DNA from: Dehalococcoidia bacterium
Lineage (GTDB): Bacteria > Chloroflexota > Dehalococcoidia > Lucifugimonadales > UBA3495
Length of the DNA stretch: 64,000 nucleotides
Assembly (NCBI GenBank): GCA_965226825.1
Contig: CBDDED010000003.1
Span: 2,566,033 to 2,630,032, forward strand
Direction of reading: 5' to 3'
Position numbers and translations under genes: made by a program
The notes under the pieces: model-generated
Told to the model about the DNA's origin: nothing
What the model saw: the letters and a program-made list of their open reading frames with translations, nothing else
Database searches by the model: none
Part shown: in pieces, positions 46,616-57,126 of the stretch
Layout: each line of letters starts with the position of its first letter
Position numbering within the stretch: position 1 is the first letter of the stretch

Positions 46616-46807
46616 CCCGTCATTCTCGCCGCCGCGGGAATCCAGAGCCCTTCTTGTGCGCCGGCACGCTTATGCCGACTGGGGAAACGTCAAGGGTAGG
46701 CGAGCCCACCCCTCCTTCGCCCCTGACGCGTGACAATGTCCTTGACACCCAAGCCTGATTAAAGGACGGAAAGGGCTCTGGATTCCCGCGGCGGCGAGAA
46801 TGACGGG
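46616..46807. mobile_element. MITE-like inverted-repeat element (locus B)
   Basis: The arms (46616..46650 and 46773..46807) are reverse complements. Each arm contains a 7-bp hairpin (TTCTCGC-NNNN-GCGGGAA). It lies in the intergenic region between convergent genes. Confidence 0.75.
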
Positions 46808-46899
46808 AGTTGGGCACGGGCAGAAACCACGCTATCACGCAGCACTTCGGATCTCAGATTCGCCCGGCACATCAGAATGCGACACCCCAGGTCCCCGGC

Positions 46900-47415
46900 C
46901 TAGCCGCTGGTCTCAATCGCCAATGTGGCGTAGCGCATGAAAATGCCGCCCCGCGGCGCACCAAGGGGGCCGTTGAGCACCAGGACCGCGATGAGGTGCC
47001 GGTCTCCCGGCGATGCGTTCTCGTTAATTTCCACCCGGTGGGACGCGTTGAGGCCGACGATGGCGCCCGTGGACCGGTTGATCTCGCCATCGACCCAGAC
47101 CTCACCGTAGTTGTCGATGTTCGTTTCGAAGAAGACCCTTGCTCCCTGTGTTGATACGCCTCCCACGGAATCGGGCACTACCACCGATATCCGGTACCAG
47201 GCGAAAGTAAAACCGACAGACAGGCTCTCCCTGACATTGTCCCAAACCCGCCAGCCGGAATCATCGTAATCCGCCAAACGAGCAGGACTGGAAAGCACCT
47301 GCGATTGCAGGCCTTCGTTGGGTTCTCCGGGAACGTAGCCCTCGGCCACCTTCCACTGACCGTTAACCAATCCACGGCCTTCATCGGTGTTGAGGTCCAA
47401 AGCCACTCTGGGCAT
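46900..47415 (-). CDS. hypothetical protein with galactose-binding-domain-like (GH2 N-terminal-like) features
   Basis: This 171-aa protein has a strong AGGAGG SD. The pattern DDSGWRVWDNV...FAWYRISVVVP...VFFETNIDNYGEVWVDGEI resembles sugar-binding jelly-roll domains, but the assignment is weak. Confidence 0.45.
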   Translation of the reverse strand: MPRVALDLNTDEGRGLVNGQWKVAEGYVPGEPNEGLQSQVLSSPARLADYDDSGWRVWDNVRESLSVGFTFAWYRISVVVPDSVGGVSTQGARVFFETNIDNYGEVWVDGEINRSTGAIVGLNASHRVEINENASPGDRHLIAVLVLNGPLGAPRGGIFMRYATLAIETSG

Positions 47416-47563
47416 GTTTTCCTCCTGGCGTCACGAATTTCAGAACCGTACGAGCCCGCCGCCCGCCATTCCCGGTGAATCGGTATGGCATCTGGAAGCA
47501 CTCAGTTGCTATAGGGAAGGGTTGCGTCATTGCCGCAAAGTTGCGGCAATCGACGCAACCCTT

Positions 47564-48451
47564 CTACGGCGCCACGTCCTTCAGCCGGCGCATGGCGTCT
47601 ATGTGTTGGTCAGGGGAGAGGTCTTGCCCGCCGGTTCCTGCGGAGATGTGGGTGGCCCCTACCGTGGACCAGGCTGTTAACTCGGCCAACCAGTCCTCGG
47701 GGCTCGTGCCCGCCAGCCTGACCCGGCCTTCCAGTCCCACTGCCGTGGCCGGCCGGTGCGCCTCCTGCGCGTAAGTGCGAACCCTGGCGATAGCTGCCGC
47801 GCCGCCTTCGTGGTCAGGCCCGAACATGGGGAACCAACCATCGGCCAACCGACCGATCCGGCGCAGCACCCGCTCCGACGGCACCGGCGACGGATTGGAA
47901 CCCGCCCCCATCCACAACGGTATGGGCCGCTGCACCGGCATTGGGTTGATCCCCGCGTCGGAAATCTTGTGCCAGCGGCCATCAAAGTTGACCACTTCCT
48001 GGGTCCACAGCGCCCTCAGGACATCGATCTGCTCCTCGTATCTTCTGCCCCGGTTGTGGAAGTTCTGACCCAAGGCCTCGTATTCCACCGGGTTCCAGCC
48101 GACGCCCAGTCCCAATCGCAGCCTTCCCCCACTCAGCACGTCCACTTCCGCCGCCTGCTTGGCGACCAAAGCTGTCTGGCGTTGGGGCAGGATCAGGATG
48201 CCGGTGACCAGGTTGATTTTGCTCGTGATTGCCGCCAGGTACCCCATCAGGGTTAGAGGCTCGTGGAGATAACTTTGGTGGGTATAGGCGAACCTGGGGA
48301 CCTCGGGATGTTGTTGAGGGTCTGCGCCCAAAACGTGGTCCAGAATGCGAAGGTGCGTGTAACCCAGGTCCTCTGCCGCTTGGACAAAATCCCTGACCGC
48401 GCCAAAATCGGCGCCAAACTCCACCACCGGTAAAGTGACTCCCAATTCCAA
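47564..48451 (-). CDS. LLM-class F420-dependent oxidoreductase (TIGR03619-like)
   Basis: This 295-aa protein has an N-terminus (ELGVTLPVVEFGADFGAVRDFVQAAEDLGYTHLRILDH) typical of F420-dependent LLM proteins. It has a TTG start and an AGGGGG SD. Confidence 0.8.
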   Translation of the reverse strand: MELGVTLPVVEFGADFGAVRDFVQAAEDLGYTHLRILDHVLGADPQQHPEVPRFAYTHQSYLHEPLTLMGYLAAITSKINLVTGILILPQRQTALVAKQAAEVDVLSGGRLRLGLGVGWNPVEYEALGQNFHNRGRRYEEQIDVLRALWTQEVVNFDGRWHKISDAGINPMPVQRPIPLWMGAGSNPSPVPSERVLRRIGRLADGWFPMFGPDHEGGAAAIARVRTYAQEAHRPATAVGLEGRVRLAGTSPEDWLAELTAWSTVGATHISAGTGGQDLSPDQHIDAMRRLKDVAP

Positions 48452-48585
48452 GACAAACCCCCTGGGGTGGTACTGAATCTCGCGTAAATCTGGAACCGCC
48501 AGCGCGGACGGTCATCACGCGGCAACCAGGCCTACAGGTTCCAGGCGCGCCGGGGATGCCTCAACGTGGACCTGGCTGGCGGGAC

Positions 48586-49089
48586 CTAGCTGGCAACCGC
48601 GGCCGGTTGGACCATATGGTGGTCCCAGGGCCCTTGGAACCGACCCTTGGCGATGCCGCCGTCGTCGGTGAACAATTTTTCCTGGCGAGGCCACTCCGAC
48701 CGTGGCAACTCGTAGGAAACTTCAACGCCGTTGCCATCGGGGTCTCGCAGGTAGATGCCGATGGACACTCCGTGGTCGGACACCCGCTCAATTGGAACGT
48801 TCAGGTCGTTAATGCGCTGGTACACCTCTTTGAGGTCGTCCAGGCTTTCCATCATCCACGCCATGTGGTTCAGTCCCACCCGGCCCTTCTCGGGGCCGGC
48901 AGCCTCGTCGCCAAGCTGAATCAAGGCCACTTCATGTGACTGCTCGATGTCGGCCGCCATGAACGCGGCGTTGCCCGGACGGTAATCGTAGGTGTGGAGA
49001 TCCAGCAAATCCTGGTACCATTTTTGAGAACGCTCGATGTTGCGTACGAAGATGTTGACATGCCCCAGGTATTTCGGACGGCGACCCAT
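48586..49089 (-). CDS. VOC family protein (catechol 2,3-dioxygenase-like single module)
   Basis: This is a 167-aa protein starting at MGRRPKYLGHVNIFVRNIERSQKWY, with a GGAGGGG SD. The track start is over-extended. Confidence 0.8.
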   Translation of the reverse strand: MGRRPKYLGHVNIFVRNIERSQKWYQDLLDLHTYDYRPGNAAFMAADIEQSHEVALIQLGDEAAGPEKGRVGLNHMAWMMESLDDLKEVYQRINDLNVPIERVSDHGVSIGIYLRDPDGNGVEVSYELPRSEWPRQEKLFTDDGGIAKGRFQGPWDHHMVQPAAVAS

Positions 49090-49233
49090 AACGCCCCTCC
49101 GCATAGAAGGATAGGAGAATTGAACTCTGAAGTTCACCCTAACATGGCCGGGCTGGAGGCGCAACACAAAACGCGTCGCGCCGAACAGCGCCCCGGTGAG
49201 GCGGGCTAGGGTCTTTCGATTATCATCGAATCC

Positions 49234-49459
49234 CCCGTCGCTTTTGCCGCCACGGGAATCTGGAGCCCATTTCGACTCCTACTCCCGTCATTCTCGCCGC
49301 AGCGGGAATCCAGAACCCTGATTATGTGCCAAGACTGTTATGCCAACCAAGACGCGCCGGATGGACAGGTCGACGTCTTACCTGGAACATTCCTGTAGAC
49401 ACGAACCAGGTTGGATGGGGAAAGGGGCTCTGGATTCCCGCTGCGGCGAGAATGACGGG
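49234..49459. mobile_element. MITE-like element (locus C) with a duplicated left arm
   Basis: Two direct arms (49234..49268, degenerate, and 49284..49318) are paired with one inverted arm (49425..49459). The internal TTATGTGCCAAGACTGTTATGCC resembles the interiors of loci B and D. Confidence 0.7.
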
Positions 49460-49534
49460 GGACAATCGAAAGACCCTACGAGGCGGACTCGCCAGCTTGA
49501 GCGGGTATCATCGGGCAAGATATAATTGACCACC

Positions 49535-50578
49535 ATGCAGATTCAGGAACTGGGCGAATTCGGCGTTATCGACCTGCTGAACCGAATGGTGGTCCAACGG
49601 CGCGGTCCCTCCGACCTGCCCGCTGGATTATCCTTCGATTTGCTGGTGGACACCGGCGACGACACCGCGGCATGGCGGACCAAAGAAGCCACCGAGTTGT
49701 TCACCACCGACACAGTGGTGGAAGAGGTCCATTTTACCCGGGAGACAACTCCCTGGCGGGACCTGGGTTGGAAGTGCATCGCGTCCAACGTGAGTGACAT
49801 CGCCGCAATGGGCGGGCTGCCCCGGTTCTGCCTGATCACACTGGGCCTGCCGCCGGACACCGAGGTCAGCGACCTGGAAGAGCTTTACCACGGAATGCTG
49901 GAGATAGCCAACAAGTACGGCGTCGCCATCGTCGGAGGCGACATGGTGCGTTCGCCGGTGGCGTTTATCACCGTTAGCCTCACCGGCGTCCATCAGGGAA
50001 GCCCCATGCTTCGCTCCAACGCTCGTCCGGGCGACCAGGTTGCGGTTACCGGGTTCCTGGGCGGTTCCGGCGGCGGTCTGCGCATGATGCTGGGCCAAGA
50101 AGGAGACCAGGACTCCTCGAATTCGAAGCTGCCCGCAGGGTTATCAAGCTCCGCGGCAGACTATTTGTTTCAGTGCCACCGGAGACCCGAGCCTGCGGTC
50201 AAAGAGGGTCGAATTCTGGTAGGCGCCGGCGTGGCCACCGCCATGGACGTAAGCGACGGACTGGCCGACGATCTGGGCAAGCTCTGCCGGGCCAGCAGCC
50301 TCTCAGCCCGGCTGTTCTCCGACCGGATTCCGGTTCACCCCCTCTTGAAAGAGGCATTCCCCACTGATTATCTGGAGCTGGCGCTTTATGGTGGGGAAGA
50401 CTACCTGCTGTTGTTCACGGCCCCCGCGGACGTGATGGACCGCGTAATCCCCCGGTTGCCCGAAGGGGCCGCCGTGGTGGGCGAGTTGATCGCGGGGGAG
50501 CCGGGCCGGGTCGCCGTGGTGGACAACGCGGGGTCTGAATCCAAGGCCTCCAGCGCCGGCTGGGACCATTTCCGGTAG
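49535..50578 (+). CDS. thiL: thiamine-monophosphate kinase
   Basis: It has the AIR-synthase-related fold: GEFGVIDLL, the GDDTAAW motif and NVSDIAAMGG. The start is ATG 49535, with TTG 49526 as an alternative. Confidence 0.9.
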   Translation: MQIQELGEFGVIDLLNRMVVQRRGPSDLPAGLSFDLLVDTGDDTAAWRTKEATELFTTDTVVEEVHFTRETTPWRDLGWKCIASNVSDIAAMGGLPRFCLITLGLPPDTEVSDLEELYHGMLEIANKYGVAIVGGDMVRSPVAFITVSLTGVHQGSPMLRSNARPGDQVAVTGFLGGSGGGLRMMLGQEGDQDSSNSKLPAGLSSSAADYLFQCHRRPEPAVKEGRILVGAGVATAMDVSDGLADDLGKLCRASSLSARLFSDRIPVHPLLKEAFPTDYLELALYGGEDYLLLFTAPADVMDRVIPRLPEGAAVVGELIAGEPGRVAVVDNAGSESKASSAGWDHFR

Positions 50579-50581
50579 TTA

Positions 50582-51127
50582 ATGTCCTTCAGCGCGTGCA
50601 TCTCAACCAGCAGCCCGGAACAGACCCGTGAGATCGGACGGGCCATCGGCGAAAAAGCCCTGGCTGGCGACATTTTGCTGTTGACCGGTGAGTTGGGGGC
50701 GGGTAAGACCTGTTTCATCCAGGGACTGGCCGAAGGCCTTGGCGTCCCCGGTTACGTGCGAAGTCCAACTTTCGTGTTGACGCACCAATACTCGGGGCGC
50801 TTAACGCTGTTTCACCTGGACCTCTATCGTATCGATGGGCCGCTCGAGGCGTGGAGCCTGGGGTTGGAGGAACAGCTTTTTGGCGGAGGCGTCTGCGCGG
50901 TGGAGTGGGCCGACCGGGCGCCGGAACTCTTCCCGGACAGTTGCTTGTGGGTCCATCTGGATTACCAGTCTGACTCTCCAGACTCCGACCCAGGCTTGGA
51001 TCCGGCCTCAGACAAGGTGGCAAGTGAAAACTGCCGGGTCATCAGCTTCTCCGGCGGTCCGTCCCATCTTACCGACACTTTACAACAGTTGACTGCCAGT
51101 CACCCGGCCGGTCAAGGCGGCAATTAG
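50582..51127 (+). CDS. tsaE: tRNA t6A37 threonylcarbamoyltransferase complex ATPase subunit TsaE
   Basis: It has the Walker A motif LLLTGELGAGKTCFIQG and the conserved SPTFVL, HLDLYR and EW motifs. Confidence 0.9.
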   Translation: MSFSACISTSSPEQTREIGRAIGEKALAGDILLLTGELGAGKTCFIQGLAEGLGVPGYVRSPTFVLTHQYSGRLTLFHLDLYRIDGPLEAWSLGLEEQLFGGGVCAVEWADRAPELFPDSCLWVHLDYQSDSPDSDPGLDPASDKVASENCRVISFSGGPSHLTDTLQQLTASHPAGQGGN

Positions 51128-51820
51128 TTGCTCCTGGCGATCGACACTTCCACCAGGTTTGCCGGGGTCGCCCTGGCCGACGTAGACCAGGTTGTGGCCT
51201 GCAAGGCGTGGCGCTCCAGGACGAATCACAGCGCCGAGCTTATGCCCGCCGCGGCACAGATCCTGAAGGACCACGATACCCCGGCGGCGGCGTTGAGCGG
51301 AATCGCCGTCGCCCTGGGGCCCGGGGGATTCAGCGCCTTGAGGGTTGGCCTCAGCGTGGCGAAAGGACTGGCCGCCACTTGTTCGCTGCCATTGGTCGGT
51401 GTAGGAACGCTGCGGCTGGAGGCCTTCCCCTACCTGGGGTCGGGAATGCCGGTGTGCGCCATGGTGGAAGCCGGTAGGGGCGAAGTGGCCGCCGCGGTTT
51501 TCGGGCCGGAAGAAGCGGACGTAAGCGAGGAACGGATCTGCCCGCCGGAAGAACTCCTGGAATTGTTTTCCGGTCCCACCATATTCTGCGGGGAAGGAGC
51601 GGCCGCCCGCGTGTCGCTGATTAGGGAACGATTGGGGAAGCAGGCGTTGATCGTTGACCCTGCCGTCCCGCCCGGCCGTCTATGGTCCCTGGCCGCCATC
51701 GGCTGGCAGCGTATTGCCTCCGGAGACATTGACGAACCGGCAGGTTTACAACCCAATTACTTGCGTATGCCCAGCATAGGAGTCGCCAAACGGCGGGACC
51801 ACACAACCCAGGCGTCTTGA
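51128..51820 (+). CDS. tsaB: tRNA t6A37 threonylcarbamoyltransferase complex dimerisation subunit TsaB
   Basis: It has the N-terminus MLLAIDTST and the motif GPGGFSALRVGLSVAKGLA. It sits adjacent to tsaE. Confidence 0.9.
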   Translation: MLLAIDTSTRFAGVALADVDQVVACKAWRSRTNHSAELMPAAAQILKDHDTPAAALSGIAVALGPGGFSALRVGLSVAKGLAATCSLPLVGVGTLRLEAFPYLGSGMPVCAMVEAGRGEVAAAVFGPEEADVSEERICPPEELLELFSGPTIFCGEGAAARVSLIRERLGKQALIVDPAVPPGRLWSLAAIGWQRIASGDIDEPAGLQPNYLRMPSIGVAKRRDHTTQAS

Positions 51821-51973
51821 GCTTAGGCCCTGGACTGGGCCGCTTGAGAAGATTTCGGCGTCAAATTTAGAACAGGTTAGGCTCGCTCCCAGGATTGGGC
51901 CGCACCGGCCTGGTTATCACGAACCCAGAACCATTAAAGGAAATCAGGAACTGGACAGCAGGAAAGGGGATAG

Positions 51974-52426
51974 ATGGAACAAACACTGGTGTTGGTCAAG
52001 CCCGACGGTGTGCAGCGGGGCTTGGTGGGAGAGGTTATCTCACGGCTGGAACGCCGGGGCTTGAAGCTTGTGGCCTTGAAGTTCATGCAGGTGGACGATG
52101 CCTTGGCCCGCCGGCACTATGGTGAGCACGTAGACCGTCCGTTCTTCGCCGGGTTGGTGCAATTCATCACGTCGGCGCCAGTGGCAGCGATGGTTTGGCA
52201 GGCGGACAACGCCGTGGAGGTGGTGCGCAACACCATGGGTGTCACCAGTCCGGCGGCGGCCACGCCGGGGACCATTCGGGGGGACTTCGGGATAGACATC
52301 GGACGCAACCTGGTGCACGGGTCGGACAGCGTGGAGTCGGCCGAACGGGAAGTGGCCCTGTTTTTCGATCTCGGGGAGATCCTGGATTACTCCCGGAGCA
52401 CCGACCCCTGGATCACCGAGGGGTAG
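51974..52426 (+). CDS. ndk: nucleoside-diphosphate kinase
   Basis: The sequence [36 protein letters not shown]...NLVHGSDS is a canonical NDK. Confidence 0.95.
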   Translation: MEQTLVLVKPDGVQRGLVGEVISRLERRGLKLVALKFMQVDDALARRHYGEHVDRPFFAGLVQFITSAPVAAMVWQADNAVEVVRNTMGVTSPAAATPGTIRGDFGIDIGRNLVHGSDSVESAEREVALFFDLGEILDYSRSTDPWITEG

Positions 52427-52430
52427 CCAG

Positions 52431-52889
52431 CTAAAGCATCCGAACGACCTGGGGCGCACGGGCCCACAGGCGCTCTATGCCGTAAAACTCGCGCTCTTCA
52501 GGTCCGAAGATGTGGACAATCACGTCGCTGAAATCTAGCAAAACCCAGCCCGAGGAGTGTGTGCCCTCCCGGTGGAAGCGAGCCGTGCCGGCGTCTTTCA
52601 AGGCTTTGGATATCTCTTCTTCCAACGACTCTATTTGCCGGGTTGACTCGGCAGACATGATAACAAAGTAGTCGGCAAAGGACGCCATCTGCCGCAGGTC
52701 AAGCATCGCTATGTCCTCGGCCAGTTTCTCCGAAGATACGTCCACAACCAACCGGGCGACTTCCGTTGAGTCCAGTCCTATTCCTCTCAATGCCAAGATT
52801 TCTGGCGGGGTATTTGGCGGGGTATTGGTTCGAGTATAAGCGGGGCGGAAACCGGGGTCAATCGTGGTCTGCCGACCCGAACCGGCCAC
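52431..52889 (-). CDS. rsfS: ribosome silencing factor RsfS (Iojap-like)
   Basis: The core is LAEDIAMLDLRQMASFADYFVIMSAESTRQIESLEEEI. The ~45-aa N-terminus of the track ORF, including a 12-bp x2 tandem repeat (52804..52827) that encodes NTPPNTPP, is probably not translated. The true start is unresolved. Confidence 0.8.
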   Translation of the reverse strand: MAGSGRQTTIDPGFRPAYTRTNTPPNTPPEILALRGIGLDSTEVARLVVDVSSEKLAEDIAMLDLRQMASFADYFVIMSAESTRQIESLEEEISKALKDAGTARFHREGTHSSGWVLLDFSDVIVHIFGPEEREFYGIERLWARAPQVVRML

Positions 52890-52978
52890 CTGACGGCGCG
52901 CCGGCGTCCCGATTCACCGGTGCCAAGGCGTCCGGATGCGCGACGCCGGAATCGCGGCGGGACAAGCCGGTCAGGAGG

Positions 52979-54925
<1,947 letters not shown>

Positions 54926-55011
54926 TCACAAAAATTCGATAAAAGTTAGGGAATCCAGCATTTGAAAAAAGGGGGCGCGTCAGGGGCAGCCAACCCTTTC
55001 ACGTTATGTCT

Positions 55012-55020
55012 ATTATACCA
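55012..55020 (-). promoter_or_regulatory. candidate extended -10 promoter of gyrB
   Basis: The minus strand reads TGG-TATAAT (TATAAT at 55017..55012) within an AT-rich stretch, about 95 nt upstream of the gyrB ATG. Confidence 0.4.
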
Positions 55021-55242
55021 GAATTGGCCGTGTTGAGGCACGTTTTTGCCCAAGAATTAGAAAAAATCTAGGAATCTTACCAAATTTCGACTGGAACAGG
55101 TCCACAAATCAGCGTCCCTCCGAAGGCCGGGGGGAACAGCCGTCTGCGCCGGGCGACAGTCGCACAATTGCCATTCCCGGAGGTTGGTGCGAAGGGGCCT
55201 CCCGAGGATAGCAACCCAGGAGGCCGGACTCGCTGCTCCGGT

Positions 55243-55917
55243 CTAGCGGCTGGGAAATATCCGCCCGTAAACGCCCGGAGACCCTTCTGTGTGCACCATG
55301 TGGGGACGGACCTGCCGGGACCACACCGGGGATTCATGGGTGCTCCAAGCGCTCCACTCGGGCGACTGGGGAACACTCTCGGACTCCATCTCATGTATCG
55401 TCAGGTACCGGGGCTCTCCCATATCGGCCTCGAACCGGCGGCCTCTCACGTACCCCGGCGTCGAGTAGCATTCGGGCAATCGTTCCTGGTTGTAGCTCTG
55501 GTTGAATAGGGAATCCAACTCGGCGGGCACCGACATGCGGCCCACCAGCATCACCGGCGCCATGTCTGCTTGGGAGGTCTGCTGGTCTACGTTGTCCGGG
55601 TAGATTAGCCGGTAAAGGTTCCTGATGTAGGTGGTAGCCACGACGCTGGGAGACATCCGCCGGGACCACTCGGTGGGGTTGTTCAGCCAATGCTGCCATT
55701 CTGGCGAATGCCACGCTTGATGGGTTTCCAGCTCGTAGCACGCCAGATACTTGGGCCCGCCTTGCAAAGCCTCGTAACGAGCGGCGTTCAAAACGCCGGG
55801 GATACTCAACCGCTCCGGTATATGTTCCTGGTTGTACCACTCGTTGAACTCTTCCTCCACGTCCGGAGGCACGTCGCAGTAAACCATCAGCAAGCCGCGG
55901 CCTTTTTTGTTCGCCAT
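55243..55917 (-). CDS. hypothetical protein made of two tandem ~100-aa repeats (ferredoxin-like/dimeric alpha-beta-barrel-like guess)
   Basis: This is a 224-aa protein from ATG 55917 (GGAGG SD, 5-nt spacer). It has an internal repeat: EEEFNEWYNQEHIPERLSIPGV...ELETHQAWHSPEW versus LDSLFNQSYNQERLPECYSTPGY...EMESESVPQSPEW. Confidence 0.6.
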   Translation of the reverse strand: MANKKGRGLLMVYCDVPPDVEEEFNEWYNQEHIPERLSIPGVLNAARYEALQGGPKYLACYELETHQAWHSPEWQHWLNNPTEWSRRMSPSVVATTYIRNLYRLIYPDNVDQQTSQADMAPVMLVGRMSVPAELDSLFNQSYNQERLPECYSTPGYVRGRRFEADMGEPRYLTIHEMESESVPQSPEWSAWSTHESPVWSRQVRPHMVHTEGSPGVYGRIFPSR

Positions 55918-56015
55918 TGTCGCCTCCGTCAACGCCGGCGGTCCTGGCGGGCCGCCCTGGCGCGGGAATTAGAAACTCTCATCGCTCGCCGGGCCTCGTC
56001 ATTCGCCGGGCCTCA

Positions 56016-56441
56016 TCACTCGCCAGGGTAGTAGTTTCGCCCGGTCTTGAGGCTGTCCAGGGCATACCAAGCGGCTTGGAACAAGGGCTGTGGCAAGTGG
56101 TCTAGGTCGAACCAACCGGACTCAGCGAATCGGTCGGGTTCCACCAGGGTGGGCTCCTGGTCTCCGATGTCGCCCACGAATTCTACGTCTACGTAGTGCC
56201 TACCGTAGGCGATAATGTTGCTCAGGCACAAGTACCGGACGTCACCGACTCTTAACCCCAGCTCTTCCCAAGCCTCCCGCCGCGCACAGTCCTCCAGGGT
56301 TTCGCCCGACTCCAGGTGGCCCCCCGCCGACGCCCACGTGTCGGCCCCGTGAGCCCCCCGCCGTTTCGCCAGGAACACGTTCCCGCCGCGCACGAACACC
56401 ACACCCACGCCCACCAGGGGCCGCGCCTCATCTTGGGACAT
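56016..56441 (-). CDS. NUDIX hydrolase
   Basis: It carries the Nudix box GGHLESGETLEDCARREAWEELGL. Confidence 0.9.
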   Translation of the reverse strand: MSQDEARPLVGVGVVFVRGGNVFLAKRRGAHGADTWASAGGHLESGETLEDCARREAWEELGLRVGDVRYLCLSNIIAYGRHYVDVEFVGDIGDQEPTLVEPDRFAESGWFDLDHLPQPLFQAAWYALDSLKTGRNYYPGE

Positions 56442-56621
56442 GGGACGAGTATCCTAAACTCACCAACGAAGTGCAACACCCGGTTGAGGTGTTGTGGTGG
56501 GCATCCAAGACCACCATATCGCCACTATTTACCCCGTATAATGAACGCTGTCAGAGAGCCTTGGGTCACGGCCCGGTTAACCCGATCCGTGTTCAAGAAG
56601 ATTGGGTTGGAGAAGAATCGA

Positions 56622-57038
56622 ATGCCACCGTTGGAAAGAGAGACCTTGAACCCGGACTCCGTAGCGCTTCCCCTCGGCACCTACTCAAACGCCGTAAAGG
56701 TGAACGCCGGCAGCCTTCTGTACATCGCCGGACAGGTTGGAGTGGACCCCCAGGGAAATCTTGTGGGCCCCGGCGACGTTGGGGCTCAGACCCAACAGGT
56801 TTTCCGTAACATTGGCGCCATCCTGGAAAGCGCCGGGGCGTCTTTCAGCAACGTGTTGGAGTTCACCACCTACCTCGTGGGCCGGGAGTCGGTCCAGCCG
56901 TACATGGCGGCCCGCACCGAAGTATTCCCCACCATGTTCCCCGCCGGTGACTACCCTGCCAACACCCTGCTAATCATCAGCGGCCTGGTCCGGGACGATC
57001 TCCTGGTCGAAATCAAGGCCGTGGCGGCCCTGCCATAA
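56622..57038 (+). CDS. RidA/YjgF family protein (second paralogue)
   Basis: This is a 138-aa protein from ATG 56622, with a GGAGAAG SD. Motifs include YIAGQVGVDPQGNLVGPGDVGAQTQQVFRNI and VEIKAVA. The track start at 56316 is over-extended. Confidence 0.85.
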   Translation: MPPLERETLNPDSVALPLGTYSNAVKVNAGSLLYIAGQVGVDPQGNLVGPGDVGAQTQQVFRNIGAILESAGASFSNVLEFTTYLVGRESVQPYMAARTEVFPTMFPAGDYPANTLLIISGLVRDDLLVEIKAVAALP

Positions 57039-57126
57039 TATTGCTGCTCCCATCTGATGAAGCGTCCGGCCGAAGAGACTTGCCGGCCGCGCCAGCCCGA
57101 GATTCCGGGAAGTTAAGAGGAAAAGC

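Noticed and set aside
46567-46838. Track ORFs 46567..46758(+), 46620..46838(-), 58304..58531(+), 58342..58554(-), 33080..33319(-) and 32875..33057(+), which contain RHSRRSGNPEP or SPQRESRAL peptides
   Set aside because: These are translations of the inverted-repeat arms on both strands. They have no SD and no coding-like composition outside the arms, and the same peptide arises wherever the repeat occurs.
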